DNA from: an uncultured Candidatus Binatia bacterium
Lineage (GTDB): Bacteria > Desulfobacterota > Binatia > UBA9968 > CAXXLF01
Length of the DNA: 64,000 nucleotides
Direction of reading: 5' to 3'
Assembly: GCA_965215595.1 (NCBI GenBank)
Contig: CBDCDW010000005.1
Location: 940,323 to 1,004,322 of the forward strand
Under the pieces are notes generated by a model. That model was given only the letters and a program-made list of their open reading frames with translations. It was not told where the DNA came from and searched no databases. This document shows, piece by piece, positions 38,759 through 47,710 of the stretch (position 1 is the stretch's first letter; each line of letters opens with the position of its first letter). The position numbers and the translations under genes are program-made.

Positions 38759-38871
38759 CCGAAGCTTTGCGGGGAACCGCAGCGCGGGCAGCGCGCCTTA
38801 CCCCCCGGCGGGAGTTCCGATACGCGTTGCAACAGATAGCAATCAGGGCAGGCAATACATTCCACAAGCGC
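38752..38871 (-). pseudogene. Fragment (40 codons, no start) of a pqiA-like gene N-terminus, convergent with and overlapping the zntB-like stop
   Basis: Minus-strand translation ALVECIACPDCYLLQRVSELPPGGKARCPRCGSPQSFGQD closely matches the start of 36279..36929 (METIACPDCDLLQQLPELPPGGKARCPRC...). The 38-bp nucleotide identity is described under the repeat feature at 36841-36929. Confidence 0.6.
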
Positions 38872-39024
38872 TTAACCTGGGATTAAGAAGTCGAGGACGA
38901 CTGTTTAGTCCTTTCAGGTTTCGGGTTTCAGTACTGAAACCTGAACACTGCCCCCTATAACCTGCCTCTTGACCCCCACCAACTGCCATTTGACACCCGA
39001 TTCTTGCCACTCTTTCGCGCGTAA

Positions 39025-39525
39025 TCAGGGATTGGATACGATATACACGACATGGTGTCCCTGAAAACCGGCCTTGTAAAATACGCCGGCACAGTTGAAG
39101 TAATTGACCGCGTTGATCACGCTTGAAGTGCAATTCGGGGGAAGGTACGGTACCGTCGAGCCTATGGGCAGGGCAGCCGCTGCTCTGTGGGCGGCGGCAG
39201 CGGAAGCAGCCGCACTCGCGGCGGCAGCCTGTGCGGCGGCAGTGTTCGCGGCGGCAGTAGCTGCGGCAGCGGCATTAGCAGCGGCGTAATTTGCAGCGGC
39301 AACGTTGGTGGTGGCAACGCTCGCGGCAGCAGCACCCCATACAGCATGTCTATACATCGAACGGCGCGCCACGCCTGCGAATGAGAAAGGTGTAAAAGGC
39401 AAACCGATGATGGCCTCCGCGTTTCTGACCAATCCCAGTCTCCCCGCCGACTGCGGCAGGAAGTCCGCGAATAATAACAAGACCAGGGATGCAGCCAGCA
39501 AGACAAACGTTAAAATCCTTTTCAT
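39025..39525 (-). CDS. Secreted Ala-rich low-complexity protein with a C-terminal Cys-containing domain, hypothetical
   Basis: Signal peptide, about 70 aa of (A/N/T)-rich repeats, and C-terminal PPNCTSSVINAVNYFNCAGVFY. Confidence 0.45.
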   Translation of the reverse strand: MKRILTFVLLAASLVLLLFADFLPQSAGRLGLVRNAEAIIGLPFTPFSFAGVARRSMYRHAVWGAAAASVATTNVAAANYAAANAAAAATAAANTAAAQAAAASAAASAAAAHRAAAALPIGSTVPYLPPNCTSSVINAVNYFNCAGVFYKAGFQGHHVVYIVSNP

Positions 39526-39587
39526 AAGATTCCCTCCTTATTTAAACTCTACAGGGTTCAATGTGGATAACCTGACATTATTTCCTT

Positions 39588-39790
39588 GGTTTCGTTCACC
39601 ACGAAGATCACGAAGGACACGAAGGATTGGATATTTGAGTACCCAAACTGCGTGCCCTTGCTAGCATTGGTAAGGGTAGCCACAGCGCGGTTGAATTATA
39701 GACCTGAACCCGCCTAATTCCTTTGCGTTCTTCGCGGTGAAATCTTCTTTCCATCGTGCTCTTCGTGTCCTTCGTGGTTGAATATTTTTC
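39588..39790 (+). repeat. Long imperfect inverted repeat (arms of about 30 bp made of CACGAAG(G/A) units, about 125 bp apart) in the intergenic region
   Basis: ttcaccacgaagatcacgaaggacacgaagga (39597-39628) pairs with rc of tcgtgctcttcgtgtccttcgtggttgaa (39755-39783). Confidence 0.7.
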
Positions 39791-39822
39791 TACACTAAAC
39801 CTAGAAGAACCCCTTTTAAGGC

Positions 39823-40608
39823 CTATTGCGACTCCGCAGCTCCAGCCGTCAGCTTGAGAAAATCGATTTTCTTGGCACCCTTCGGCGGCACGAAACGGAA
39901 TATCCGATCCGACAACTCCGGCGTCAGGTCCCAGTTCCTCATCCAGACAGTGTACTGCGGTAAGCCGTCAATCTTTGTTGAAGTGATAATAAATTTGTGC
40001 GGCAGAGGGTTGGCTCCGTCCTCGATCCAGACCTGCCAATCGAATTCCGGTCCATGAAACGCAAGATGGGTGCACTTCACGCCAGCAACAACCCTCTGGC
40101 CGACCTCGAAACCGGACGACGTTTCCTTCAGCATCGTCTCGGCCCCGTTTTTGGACAAGAATTCCGCAGCCGGCGTAATGATATCGAGCTTCTCCCGGGC
40201 GAAGTCGAGCATCGCCTCAAGTGTCGGTGGCGCAGCCGTCGTGGCATAAAGGTTTTCCTCCGGATTGTAGAGCGTCAAAGTCTTGCCGTCGTAGTAAAGC
40301 TCCTGGTTGGCGAGGTCACCCTTGCGATGGGCGCGCAGCCGATTCGGACGCCACACCGTGGCTGTGGCGGGGTGGTCAAACTGCAGCTTTTGACCGGAGG
40401 TCAGTACCACTTCGAGCGTGTTCTCCGTCTTTACGGTGAACTTCTGTTGGTTCGCAAGATAGTCGCTCATGCGCCGTAATATTTGTTCCGCTTGTGGCTG
40501 GATCCCGGTAGCCTGAGCTTGACTGGGCTGCGACCATCCGATCAAGCACAGCATCACCAAACCGACCACCGAAACGACCCGCCGCACAAAACGATAACCA
40601 TCATTCAT
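39823..40608 (-). CDS. Periplasmic LolA-like protein (DUF2092-like), signal peptide
   Basis: 261 aa with an N-terminal signal (LVMLCLIGWSQPSQA). Family assignment from general resemblance only. Confidence 0.45.
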   Translation of the reverse strand: MNDGYRFVRRVVSVVGLVMLCLIGWSQPSQAQATGIQPQAEQILRRMSDYLANQQKFTVKTENTLEVVLTSGQKLQFDHPATATVWRPNRLRAHRKGDLANQELYYDGKTLTLYNPEENLYATTAAPPTLEAMLDFAREKLDIITPAAEFLSKNGAETMLKETSSGFEVGQRVVAGVKCTHLAFHGPEFDWQVWIEDGANPLPHKFIITSTKIDGLPQYTVWMRNWDLTPELSDRIFRFVPPKGAKKIDFLKLTAGAAESQ

Positions 40609-41212
40609 ATCTGTCCCTCCTTCACTGATCCAATGGTTTACTCGGTACTACCCTTGGCCGCTAATTAAAGCCAAGCCGAACTCAAAAGTCAAAACCTGAA
40701 TTCTGACACTTCAAACCGCCACCCGGCAATCCGTCGCTGCCACAATTGAGCCAAGCGTACGCGGCAAACAACAGCGCGCCAGCGAACAAAAAATGCACTA
40801 GCGGTTCTCTGATCAAGCGTCTCATAACGGTTGGTCCTCATTCTATAACAAGTTAGTTGGCTTCTTCTTCATCTTCTCCAGCGCCGCGCCGTGGGCCCTC
40901 CTTATTTGTCAGATATTGCAAGGCCCGCTCTCGGCCAACCTGGATCAGTTCTCTCGCGATAGACGAACACCTCATGCTTCCTCGAGTATCCGAGTCGTGC
41001 GGCGTTCGACGGATTGACTGCGAAGTTGTCGTCAGCCTGGCTAACCTCCGCGAACTAGTAGAGCCGAACACATATACCGCCTATATACTTGTGTGGTCTA
41101 CTTGTAAAACTACTAGTTGTGGCTGGTAAATTTACTAGTCTTTAAAAGGAATAAAGCTCAGTCCCTCGGCCGCATGCTAACCATGCGGCCGTGAGTCGAG
41201 GCCGTTCGAAGT

Positions 41213-41665
41213 CTATTTATCGAGTCTGACGTTGAGGCCTTCGGCGGCGAGGGTAAAGTCCGCACCCATGGTGACCGAGAAGAGGTGCATTTCCACGCCG
41301 TTTTGATTCTTCATTATCCGGGCGCTACCGCCACCCGCAATGGTGGCCGCACCTTCCACAGCCAGGAACGTGCCCCCAAGATCCTTTTGGTTCTTCAAGT
41401 AGAAAATCTTCGCGTGAACCGAGTCACGCTTGATACCAATAGCACCCGCCTTGAGACCCTTCACCTTGAACGTGTAGTTCTTGCCCTTGAAGTGAAGTTC
41501 TCCCTTTCCCCACTCGATACCACCGATAAACGACAGTGATGTCAGGGTTATGGACGCCGTCGCATCCGGCACCCTCTTTTGCGCTGCGGCGTCATGCGAG
41601 AACCCCAACGAGAGAACTGCCAGGAAAAGCCCCAAGGCAAAGAATTTCTGATACCTTCTATTCAT
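41213..41665 (-). CDS. Secreted hypothetical protein (150 aa, signal peptide)
   Basis: Signal peptide ending AAAQ. No recognisable catalytic motif. Confidence 0.45.
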   Translation of the reverse strand: MNRRYQKFFALGLFLAVLSLGFSHDAAAQKRVPDATASITLTSLSFIGGIEWGKGELHFKGKNYTFKVKGLKAGAIGIKRDSVHAKIFYLKNQKDLGGTFLAVEGAATIAGGGSARIMKNQNGVEMHLFSVTMGADFTLAAEGLNVRLDK

Positions 41666-41798
41666 ATTCCACCTCCTTAAAATTGACGTGTTCGTAGTTA
41701 CAATTAAAATAACGTGCCAATTGCAAGTACCTCAAGGGTGGCAATCGAAGTAGGTTCCGAATATTGGGCACCATGTCCTTGATATCATTTCCACATCG

Positions 41799-41960
41799 CT
41801 AGAACACGAACGCGAATCGTATGCCTGCAACGAAGACGAAGTCTTCTCGCGGGTTGGCTGCCGGGTCAAAGACGAACTGGAAGTCGGCTGAGAGCCCCAG
41901 TGTCGGCGTGATCTGAAACCCGTCGAAGGTCTCAAGGAACGGCTCGTCGCAAACGCCGAT
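41799..41960 (-). pseudogene. C-terminal remnant (54 codons, preceded by an in-frame stop) of an outer-membrane porin (OprB-like)
   Basis: Minus-strand translation IGVCDEPFLETFDGFQITPTLGLSADFQFVFDPAANPREDFVFVAGIRFAFVF ends in aromatic-X-F, the OMP beta-barrel C-terminus. There is no upstream continuation. Confidence 0.4.
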
Positions 41961-42160
41961 TTAGTGGCGACAAAAACTTGTCACTAACTGACGTTAATGT
42001 AGGCCATTGACGAGAAGTGTACCGACACAGGCTGCACCCTGTAAAATGTAAAGGTCCCACCGCACATTTTGACCCCGTATCTTATCCTTGAAAAGCCGAA
42101 CGCAAACCCCTGCGTCAATCAGGTTACTGCGTCTTTTCCCAGGCCTATAGACCCCTTACA

Positions 42161-42406
42161 TTATTTGGGATCCATCGTCACAACAACCTCCCGGCCCTTT
42201 ATTTTATACTTTAACTTCAAAAGCTGCTTATTCTGGTTATACCAGACAGAAATTTTCCACTCGCCAGAGAAAACAAACCTGCTGGCAGGAATGGTTCGCT
42301 CGCCTATAGAAACAGCGTCCTTACTTTCGCTAAGCTTAGCACTTGAGGCAAACGAGAGGAGCTGTTTCGTATACCTTGCGGATAAAGAAAAAATGCGTCT
42401 CCTCAA
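42161..42406 (-). pseudogene. Truncated paralogous copy (3' 80 codons) of gene 43321..43953
   Basis: Peptide ..SESKDAVSIGERTIPASRFVFSGEWKISVWYNQNKQLLKLKYKIKGREVVVTMDPK against ..SESKDVVSIGERSIPASRFDFSGEWKIAVWYDQNKQLLKIKYKIRGRDVVVTMDPK. About 90% nt identity over about 195 bp (42140-42335 vs 43296-43495), extending past the stop codon. Confidence 0.7.
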
Positions 42407-42545
42407 CTCCTTAGAGGCGGGCAGGGGAAGCCTCGGTGATCGCCGTCGGTTCTTCCTCCGTTCTCCCTTACCCCTTACCTTCCATGTCCCATAACGACTC
42501 CGCTCCTATGCCCATTGAAATTAGTATCAATAATAGTATCATAAC

Positions 42546-42806
42546 TTGGTGTCGGCTGTTGAAGATATCGTCGCCGCCATGCGAAGGAATCCGAAGGGTA
42601 TTCGGTTCTCCGATTTGTGCCGGGTTTGCGACCATTATTTTGGTAAAGCCCGGCAACGAGGAAGCAGCCATCGGGTATACAAGACTCCCTGGGCAGGCGA
42701 CCCCAGAGTCAATATTCAAAACGCCAAGGGCAAAGCCAAGATTTACCAAGTGAAACAAGTGTTATTAGCGATTGGAAGGTTGGAACATGGGCGCGATACC
42801 GGTTAA
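42546..42806 (+). CDS. hicA: HicA-family (YcfA-like) mRNA interferase toxin
   Basis: ..DLCRVCDHYFGKARQRGSSHRVYKTPW.. has the GSH core of HicA. The downstream gene overlaps it. Confidence 0.6.
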   Translation: MVSAVEDIVAAMRRNPKGIRFSDLCRVCDHYFGKARQRGSSHRVYKTPWAGDPRVNIQNAKGKAKIYQVKQVLLAIGRLEHGRDTG

Positions 42807-43119
42807 TCATTATACATACCGGGTGACGTGGTCGGAGGATGACAAGGAGTATGTAGGCCTCTGTGCTGAGTTTCCCAGCCTGACTTGGCTCGCTTCCACT
42901 CAAGAAGCTGCGCTTCGTGGTATTCGCTCCGTAGTCAAGAAGGTAGTGGCTGACATGAAGAAGAACCGCGAGCCTATCCCGGAGCCATTGGCCACCCATG
43001 AATTCAGCGGAAAGTTCATGGTCAGAGTGCCTCCAGAAGTTCACCGAAGACTTGCTCTGGAAGCGGCGGAGTGCGGCGTGAGCCTGAACCGAGTGGCCAG
43101 CGCAAAGCTCTCGCACTGA
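42787..43119 (+). CDS. hicB: HicB-family antitoxin
   Basis: N-terminal YTYRVTWSEDDKEYVGLCAEFP (HicB RNase-H-like domain) and a C-terminal RHH-like FSGKFMVRVPPEVHRRLALEAAECGVSLNRVASAKL. Confidence 0.65.
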   Translation: MGAIPVNHYTYRVTWSEDDKEYVGLCAEFPSLTWLASTQEAALRGIRSVVKKVVADMKKNREPIPEPLATHEFSGKFMVRVPPEVHRRLALEAAECGVSLNRVASAKLSH

Positions 43120-43320
43120 ATGAATGATAAGAATTTCATTTGGGGCATGGGCTTAGAACCGGAAGAATTTCAATGTGATAGAGTATCCCCTGAGATTTGA
43201 AATTGAGTTGAATTTAACAGATTCCAATGCGGGATCGAGAGCTTTATCCGGTACCCTATACTGGGGATGAACTTGAGATGATTCGCCCTCGATTAATTAG
43301 GGGCATCTAGGCGCCCTACA

Positions 43321-43953
43321 TCATTTGGGATCCATCGTCACAACAACATCCCGGCCCCTTATTTTATATTTTATCTTCAAAAGCTGCTTATTCTGGTCAT
43401 ACCAGACCGCAATTTTCCACTCGCCAGAGAAATCAAACCTGCTGGCAGGAATGGATCGCTCGCCTATGGAAACAACGTCCTTACTTTCACTAATCTTGAC
43501 CTTCATCAACCGGAGATCTTTAAGGTCAAAGAGGAGCGACTTTTGTGTGATTTTGTAATGCCAAACGGACGTCGGAAAGGCATCGTGCGGCAGCGTCAAA
43601 CGTTTGCCGTTCAGCACAACATCATACTCTTTTACATTACGTTGGAGCGACAACTCGTAAATTTTACCATGATCGTCGGTGTATCCCTGGATGCTTTTGG
43701 GTTCCTCATCTTTCCACACCTCATGCAGATCCTGCGTGAAGTAATGAAGTTTAATCCCAAGTATGGATACCGAGCTTCGCGTCCTGAGTTCTTCTACCAT
43801 CCCCTTTTCGTTGAGTCGAAGCGTGTAGTGAACGGAGCCGATTTTTTTTTCATTCAGATGAATCGAAGCGAAATGATTTTGATCCGCTGCGCCTGCGACG
43901 TGTGAAACAACGAGCACCGCTAGCACGGTCAAACATAGTGCGAGTCGCGACAT
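43321..43953 (-). CDS. Secreted hypothetical protein (210 aa); donor of the duplicated 3' fragment at 42161..42406
   Basis: Signal peptide LAVLVVSHVAGAADQ. Confidence 0.5.
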   Translation of the reverse strand: MSRLALCLTVLAVLVVSHVAGAADQNHFASIHLNEKKIGSVHYTLRLNEKGMVEELRTRSSVSILGIKLHYFTQDLHEVWKDEEPKSIQGYTDDHGKIYELSLQRNVKEYDVVLNGKRLTLPHDAFPTSVWHYKITQKSLLFDLKDLRLMKVKISESKDVVSIGERSIPASRFDFSGEWKIAVWYDQNKQLLKIKYKIRGRDVVVTMDPK

Positions 43954-44232
43954 GTTTTCCTCCCACCCCTGGCCGAAACTACTTATTACGCGGCTAATGA
44001 TCGATGATTTTCATCAAAGCACAGCCCAGAGTGCCAATACGATATTGCATCTCCCTTGGCATCTCCAAGCTATCAAATCCATGCTGGGCGTCTGGATACA
44101 GCTATTGCGTTTCACGTAGGATGCAAATCATGAGCTAATGAATTGCCCCTTGGACGGTTAAATTAGGCGGATCATACACCGTTGCTTACTTGATCACCTT
44201 GGTCGTATGTGGCAGGACCCCGGAGGAGTTCC

Positions 44233-45033
44233 TTAGCTACCAAGCTCCCTATGGAGGAACTCGAAACTTCTCGCATAGGACAGGTTGGTGGCCGACCGCT
44301 GGTCGGCCGGCACTTCAGCATCCGGAGTGATTTGGGCAAAGCTATGCCCCATTCCTTCATACCAGTGCAACTCGTAGGCCTTGCCAAAATGGTTCAATGC
44401 ACGGGAAAAAGCATCCACCTCGGCGCGAGGGGTCGAGTGGTCCTCTGTTCCATAGTGACATTGAAGCTTGCAGGTGATTGTTTCCAGCTCACGCATATCC
44501 GGGAACAGACTCTGGTGGTAGATGACGCCGGCCTGGAAGACTTCGGTACGACCGTGTTAAGCCATCAAAAAATCTAACCCTAGCGGGATTCGTTGCGTCA
44601 TTACAAAATCTAACCGAAGTCGTCTCGCAGCCAGCAGGGCCAACCCGCCGCCCAGGCAGAATCCCATAATCCCAACTTTGCTCCGGGGTCCCACTGACGG
44701 AAGGCTACGCAAAAACGCCACGCCCCCGGCGATTTGTTCCACCGCCGCTTTTACATCCAGCGAGTTTTTCGCGTAAAGTCCCTCGGTTCTATTGGCCGGT
44801 AACTGGCCACCCATGTAGTCGGGCGAAAGCGCCACAAACCCGGCCCGCGCAAACAGACGTGTGATCTCCCGCTGAGTCCAGGTGAGGCCACCCATACCGG
44901 ACAGCAAGACCACGCCTGGCCGTGGCGGTCCATCCGCCGGGCGGGCCACGAAGCCGTCTGAGTAGAAACCGTTGGTCTCGTACCCGGCGTGGAGTGAGTT
45001 CGGGCGAAAGCGCCACGATGCGTTCGCCGTCAA
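44233..45033 (-). pseudogene. Dienelactone hydrolase family gene disrupted by a 77 bp IS-end footprint
   Basis: N-part (44557..45033) carries GFCLGGG. C-part (44233..44496) carries HYGTEDHSTP...WYEGMGHSF. Between them, 44553-44629 is identical to the reverse complement of the outer-IS right end (8102-8178) and supplies the aberrant C-terminus RLRLDFVMTQRIPLGLDFLMA. Confidence 0.65.
44553..44629 (-). mobile_element. Solo IS terminal-repeat remnant (77 bp, 100% identical to the right end of the IS at 4725-8178 in inverted orientation)
   Basis: gtgttaagccatcaaaaaatctaaccctagcgggattcgttgcgtcattacaaaatctaaccgaagtcgtctcgca equals rc of 8102-8178. Confidence 0.8.
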
Positions 45034-45251
45034 TGGTTTCGATCACCTTTTTACCCTCGCCACCATTACCCTGTTCGTTGCTTTCCTCTGCCATGGTTTT
45101 GCTCTCCTGAATGGTATTTTTGAACCGAATTTTCGCCTCGGTTCAATGATCCGCAATTGCTATTGGGTCAATTCTTGACCTGATTTGAATATCACAGCAC
45201 AGAGTCTTGTCAACGGCCGCAGGATGCAACCAATCAACCCATGGATTGCGG

Positions 45252-46094
45252 TTAACCAGCCACCGCTGAGGTAGAGAGGGGCTTGTCGGTTCGGTGGAAG
45301 CGCTCGAACCAGGCTTCGTCGCTCATAATATCCCGAGACGCATCCAGCAGAAGAGCTCTTGTGGCCGGTTCAATATCACCCCGAATGATGGCCACCACGC
45401 GATCCTCTGAAAGGACACTGCTGAACTGCTTGTTACGATCCTGCAGCCGGACCGTTGAGAATTCCTTGATCGATTCAACGGCGATGTGAAAATCATCCTC
45501 GGTTTGTATCAGTGGATACAAAAGGTCCCTTCCCTCGGAAGCGCCGTGATCCTGTTCATCGTGGAGGACAATCTTGGAAGCTTCGGAGAGGAGTTCCTCG
45601 TACTCACCCCCCTTGAGGCCGATGAAGCCGAAGAAGAGAGAGCCACCACCTCCGCTGTTAAAAGCGCCCGCTGCGTTGTGTAACACGGACATTTCGGCCA
45701 ATCGACGGCGGATCTCACGTTCTCTTCTCGGGAGCCACCAGTCAGCCTGCTGCGCTTCTGCCAACAGTGACTTCCAAGTGAGCTTCAGGCCAGTGAGACC
45801 CTCGTAAACATACGCCAGCATCCCGTAGTGACGGTACTCCTGATAGTCCTCTTTGGCCCGCTGGATGAGCCGTTCCCGGGTCACTGTGTCATCCGTGCGG
45901 TCAACCAGGTCCTTAATATAATGATTTGATGTTTCACGAAGGTTTCGCGCTTCCCGCGAGATCTGATGCTTTAACCACTTCGCATGCTGGTTAAGAGGGC
46001 GTGGGCAACTGAAGAACGCTCGGGCAACCTCTGTCTCACCCATCCGGAAACGAGCAGTCATATCCTCGATCTTTTCGATCCATTCAGTTTTCAT
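45252..46094 (-). CDS. Hypothetical protein (about 280 aa), co-oriented and nearly abutting the amidohydrolase gene
   Basis: No recognised family. Conserved acidic/His cluster VLHDEQDHG. Confidence 0.45.
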   Translation of the reverse strand: MKTEWIEKIEDMTARFRMGETEVARAFFSCPRPLNQHAKWLKHQISREARNLRETSNHYIKDLVDRTDDTVTRERLIQRAKEDYQEYRHYGMLAYVYEGLTGLKLTWKSLLAEAQQADWWLPRREREIRRRLAEMSVLHNAAGAFNSGGGGSLFFGFIGLKGGEYEELLSEASKIVLHDEQDHGASEGRDLLYPLIQTEDDFHIAVESIKEFSTVRLQDRNKQFSSVLSEDRVVAIIRGDIEPATRALLLDASRDIMSDEAWFERFHRTDKPLSTSAVAG

Positions 46095-46101
46095 CGTCTT
46101 G

Positions 46102-47202
46102 TTACAACCCGTAGAGCGCTCTCGCATTGTCGCTTAGGATTTTCCTCTTTACCTCAGGTGTCAAGTCCGTCCGTGATTGAAACACAGTGATGGCATCCAC
46201 GTCACTGGATGTGTCGATGTGGCCATAGTCCGTGCCAATGACAAGGCAGTCTTCTCCAGCTTGCTGCGTGATATAAGGCAGGTCGTCTGAGTTCTCACAG
46301 GTAATGAACATCCGGTACTCGCGTGCGAGGTTACCGGACCATTGGCGGCCCAAAGTTTTGAAGCGATTCTTCATTTCGTGTATCAGCCAGGGAACCCACT
46401 GCGAGCTGGCCTCGATAAACCCCCACCGCAGGCGCGGAAATACCTCGGGTATTTCACTGAGTATCACATCGCTAAAGGCAGCCACTGTGGGTATTCTGAA
46501 CCGGTGGAAAGTGGCAGCACTGGCCACAGGATGACGATAGAGATCATTGAGCCACGTGTTGCCATTGGCGATGTGAATGGCGATTGCCATATCAAGACGG
46601 CTTGCCTCTTCATAAATCGGGTAGAAGTAACGGTCCACCAGTAAACGGTTGCTCTCAACCGGACGCATCAACACGGCACAAGCGCCGTTTTCCTTGGCAA
46701 ATCGGATTTGATCCAGCGCATCGCTCATGCTCAGGGTTGGCGCCATACAGGACCATCGCAAACGACCTTTTCCCTGACGCCAGATGTCGGCCATCCAGCG
46801 GTTCCAACTCTTGCATAGAGGCACCTCTACCGAAGCGCGGTCGGTGACCGATTCGATGAAGATGGTGTTGTGCAGCACTTGGACGTTGACCCCACTCTGG
46901 TCCATGTGCTCCAATCGTAGCTCCACGTTTCCTAGCTCGCGGGATTCCAGGTCGTCTGCGAACCTTCGACCCACCTGGCGGGAACGTTTCTCTAGCTCGG
47001 CGGCAGAAAAAGCGGGGAAGCGGAAGCCCTTCACCCTCCCATCGATAAGCCAGAACTGAAGCTTCATGCCTGCCTCTTCGCGCGTTTCGAGGGGTACGGG
47101 GCGATACTGCCTCTCCGACGGGTCCATAAAGTCCCAAGTGCGGGCAGACTCCACCACATGGGCATCTGCGTCGATGACTAGGGTGTCCCCATTGGTTTCC
47201 AT
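46102..47202 (-). CDS. Amidohydrolase-2 family metal-dependent hydrolase/decarboxylase (ACMSD-like TIM barrel)
   Basis: VIDADAHV N-terminal metal site, IGTDYGHIDTS, and a C-terminal LSDNARALYGL. Start at METNGD. Confidence 0.65.
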   Translation of the reverse strand: METNGDTLVIDADAHVVESARTWDFMDPSERQYRPVPLETREEAGMKLQFWLIDGRVKGFRFPAFSAAELEKRSRQVGRRFADDLESRELGNVELRLEHMDQSGVNVQVLHNTIFIESVTDRASVEVPLCKSWNRWMADIWRQGKGRLRWSCMAPTLSMSDALDQIRFAKENGACAVLMRPVESNRLLVDRYFYPIYEEASRLDMAIAIHIANGNTWLNDLYRHPVASAATFHRFRIPTVAAFSDVILSEIPEVFPRLRWGFIEASSQWVPWLIHEMKNRFKTLGRQWSGNLAREYRMFITCENSDDLPYITQQAGEDCLVIGTDYGHIDTSSDVDAITVFQSRTDLTPEVKRKILSDNARALYGL

Positions 47203-47251
47203 AAATTCATCCCTCCACAGCAGGATCCAGGGTCCTGGTACTATTGGTTTC

Positions 47252-47710
47252 CTAACTTCTTTTGTGCACCATCGGGGTTTCTCTGACCTGACCCCCTTGT
47301 GCGGATAGGGGTTCTGCTCCTGCCCATCCTTCCCCCGTAATATCAATCATGACGCCGTCCGGCCCCTTGTATTTCTCTTCGAAAAAAGACGTGACAGCAT
47401 CATGGGGCCGCATCTGGCGATACTCCGCTCCTGCCTCATTTAGTCGCCCACGGGTTTGCTCCATGTCGTCAACCCAAAAGCCAAAATGGTGCAGGCCGAA
47501 GGTCACTCCGAGACCGTCTTGTCGATCCGCAGCTTCATCTGTCTTGAATCGCAGCACCGCCATGTTGATAGTGCCGTCACTCAAATAAATTCCCTTAGCC
47601 AACGGAGAGTCGGTCCGGCCGACCTCTTCCATTTCGAAGACGCGCTTGTAAAATTCCGCCGTTGCTTCTGGATCATGCGTATGCAGGGCTATGTGTCTTA
47701 ACTTTGCCAT
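47252..47710 (-). CDS. VOC (glyoxalase/bleomycin-resistance/extradiol dioxygenase) family protein
   Basis: HIALHTHD...GLHHFGFWV paired beta-alpha-beta-beta-beta motif. Confidence 0.6.
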   Translation of the reverse strand: MAKLRHIALHTHDPEATAEFYKRVFEMEEVGRTDSPLAKGIYLSDGTINMAVLRFKTDEAADRQDGLGVTFGLHHFGFWVDDMEQTRGRLNEAGAEYRQMRPHDAVTSFFEEKYKGPDGVMIDITGEGWAGAEPLSAQGGQVRETPMVHKRS

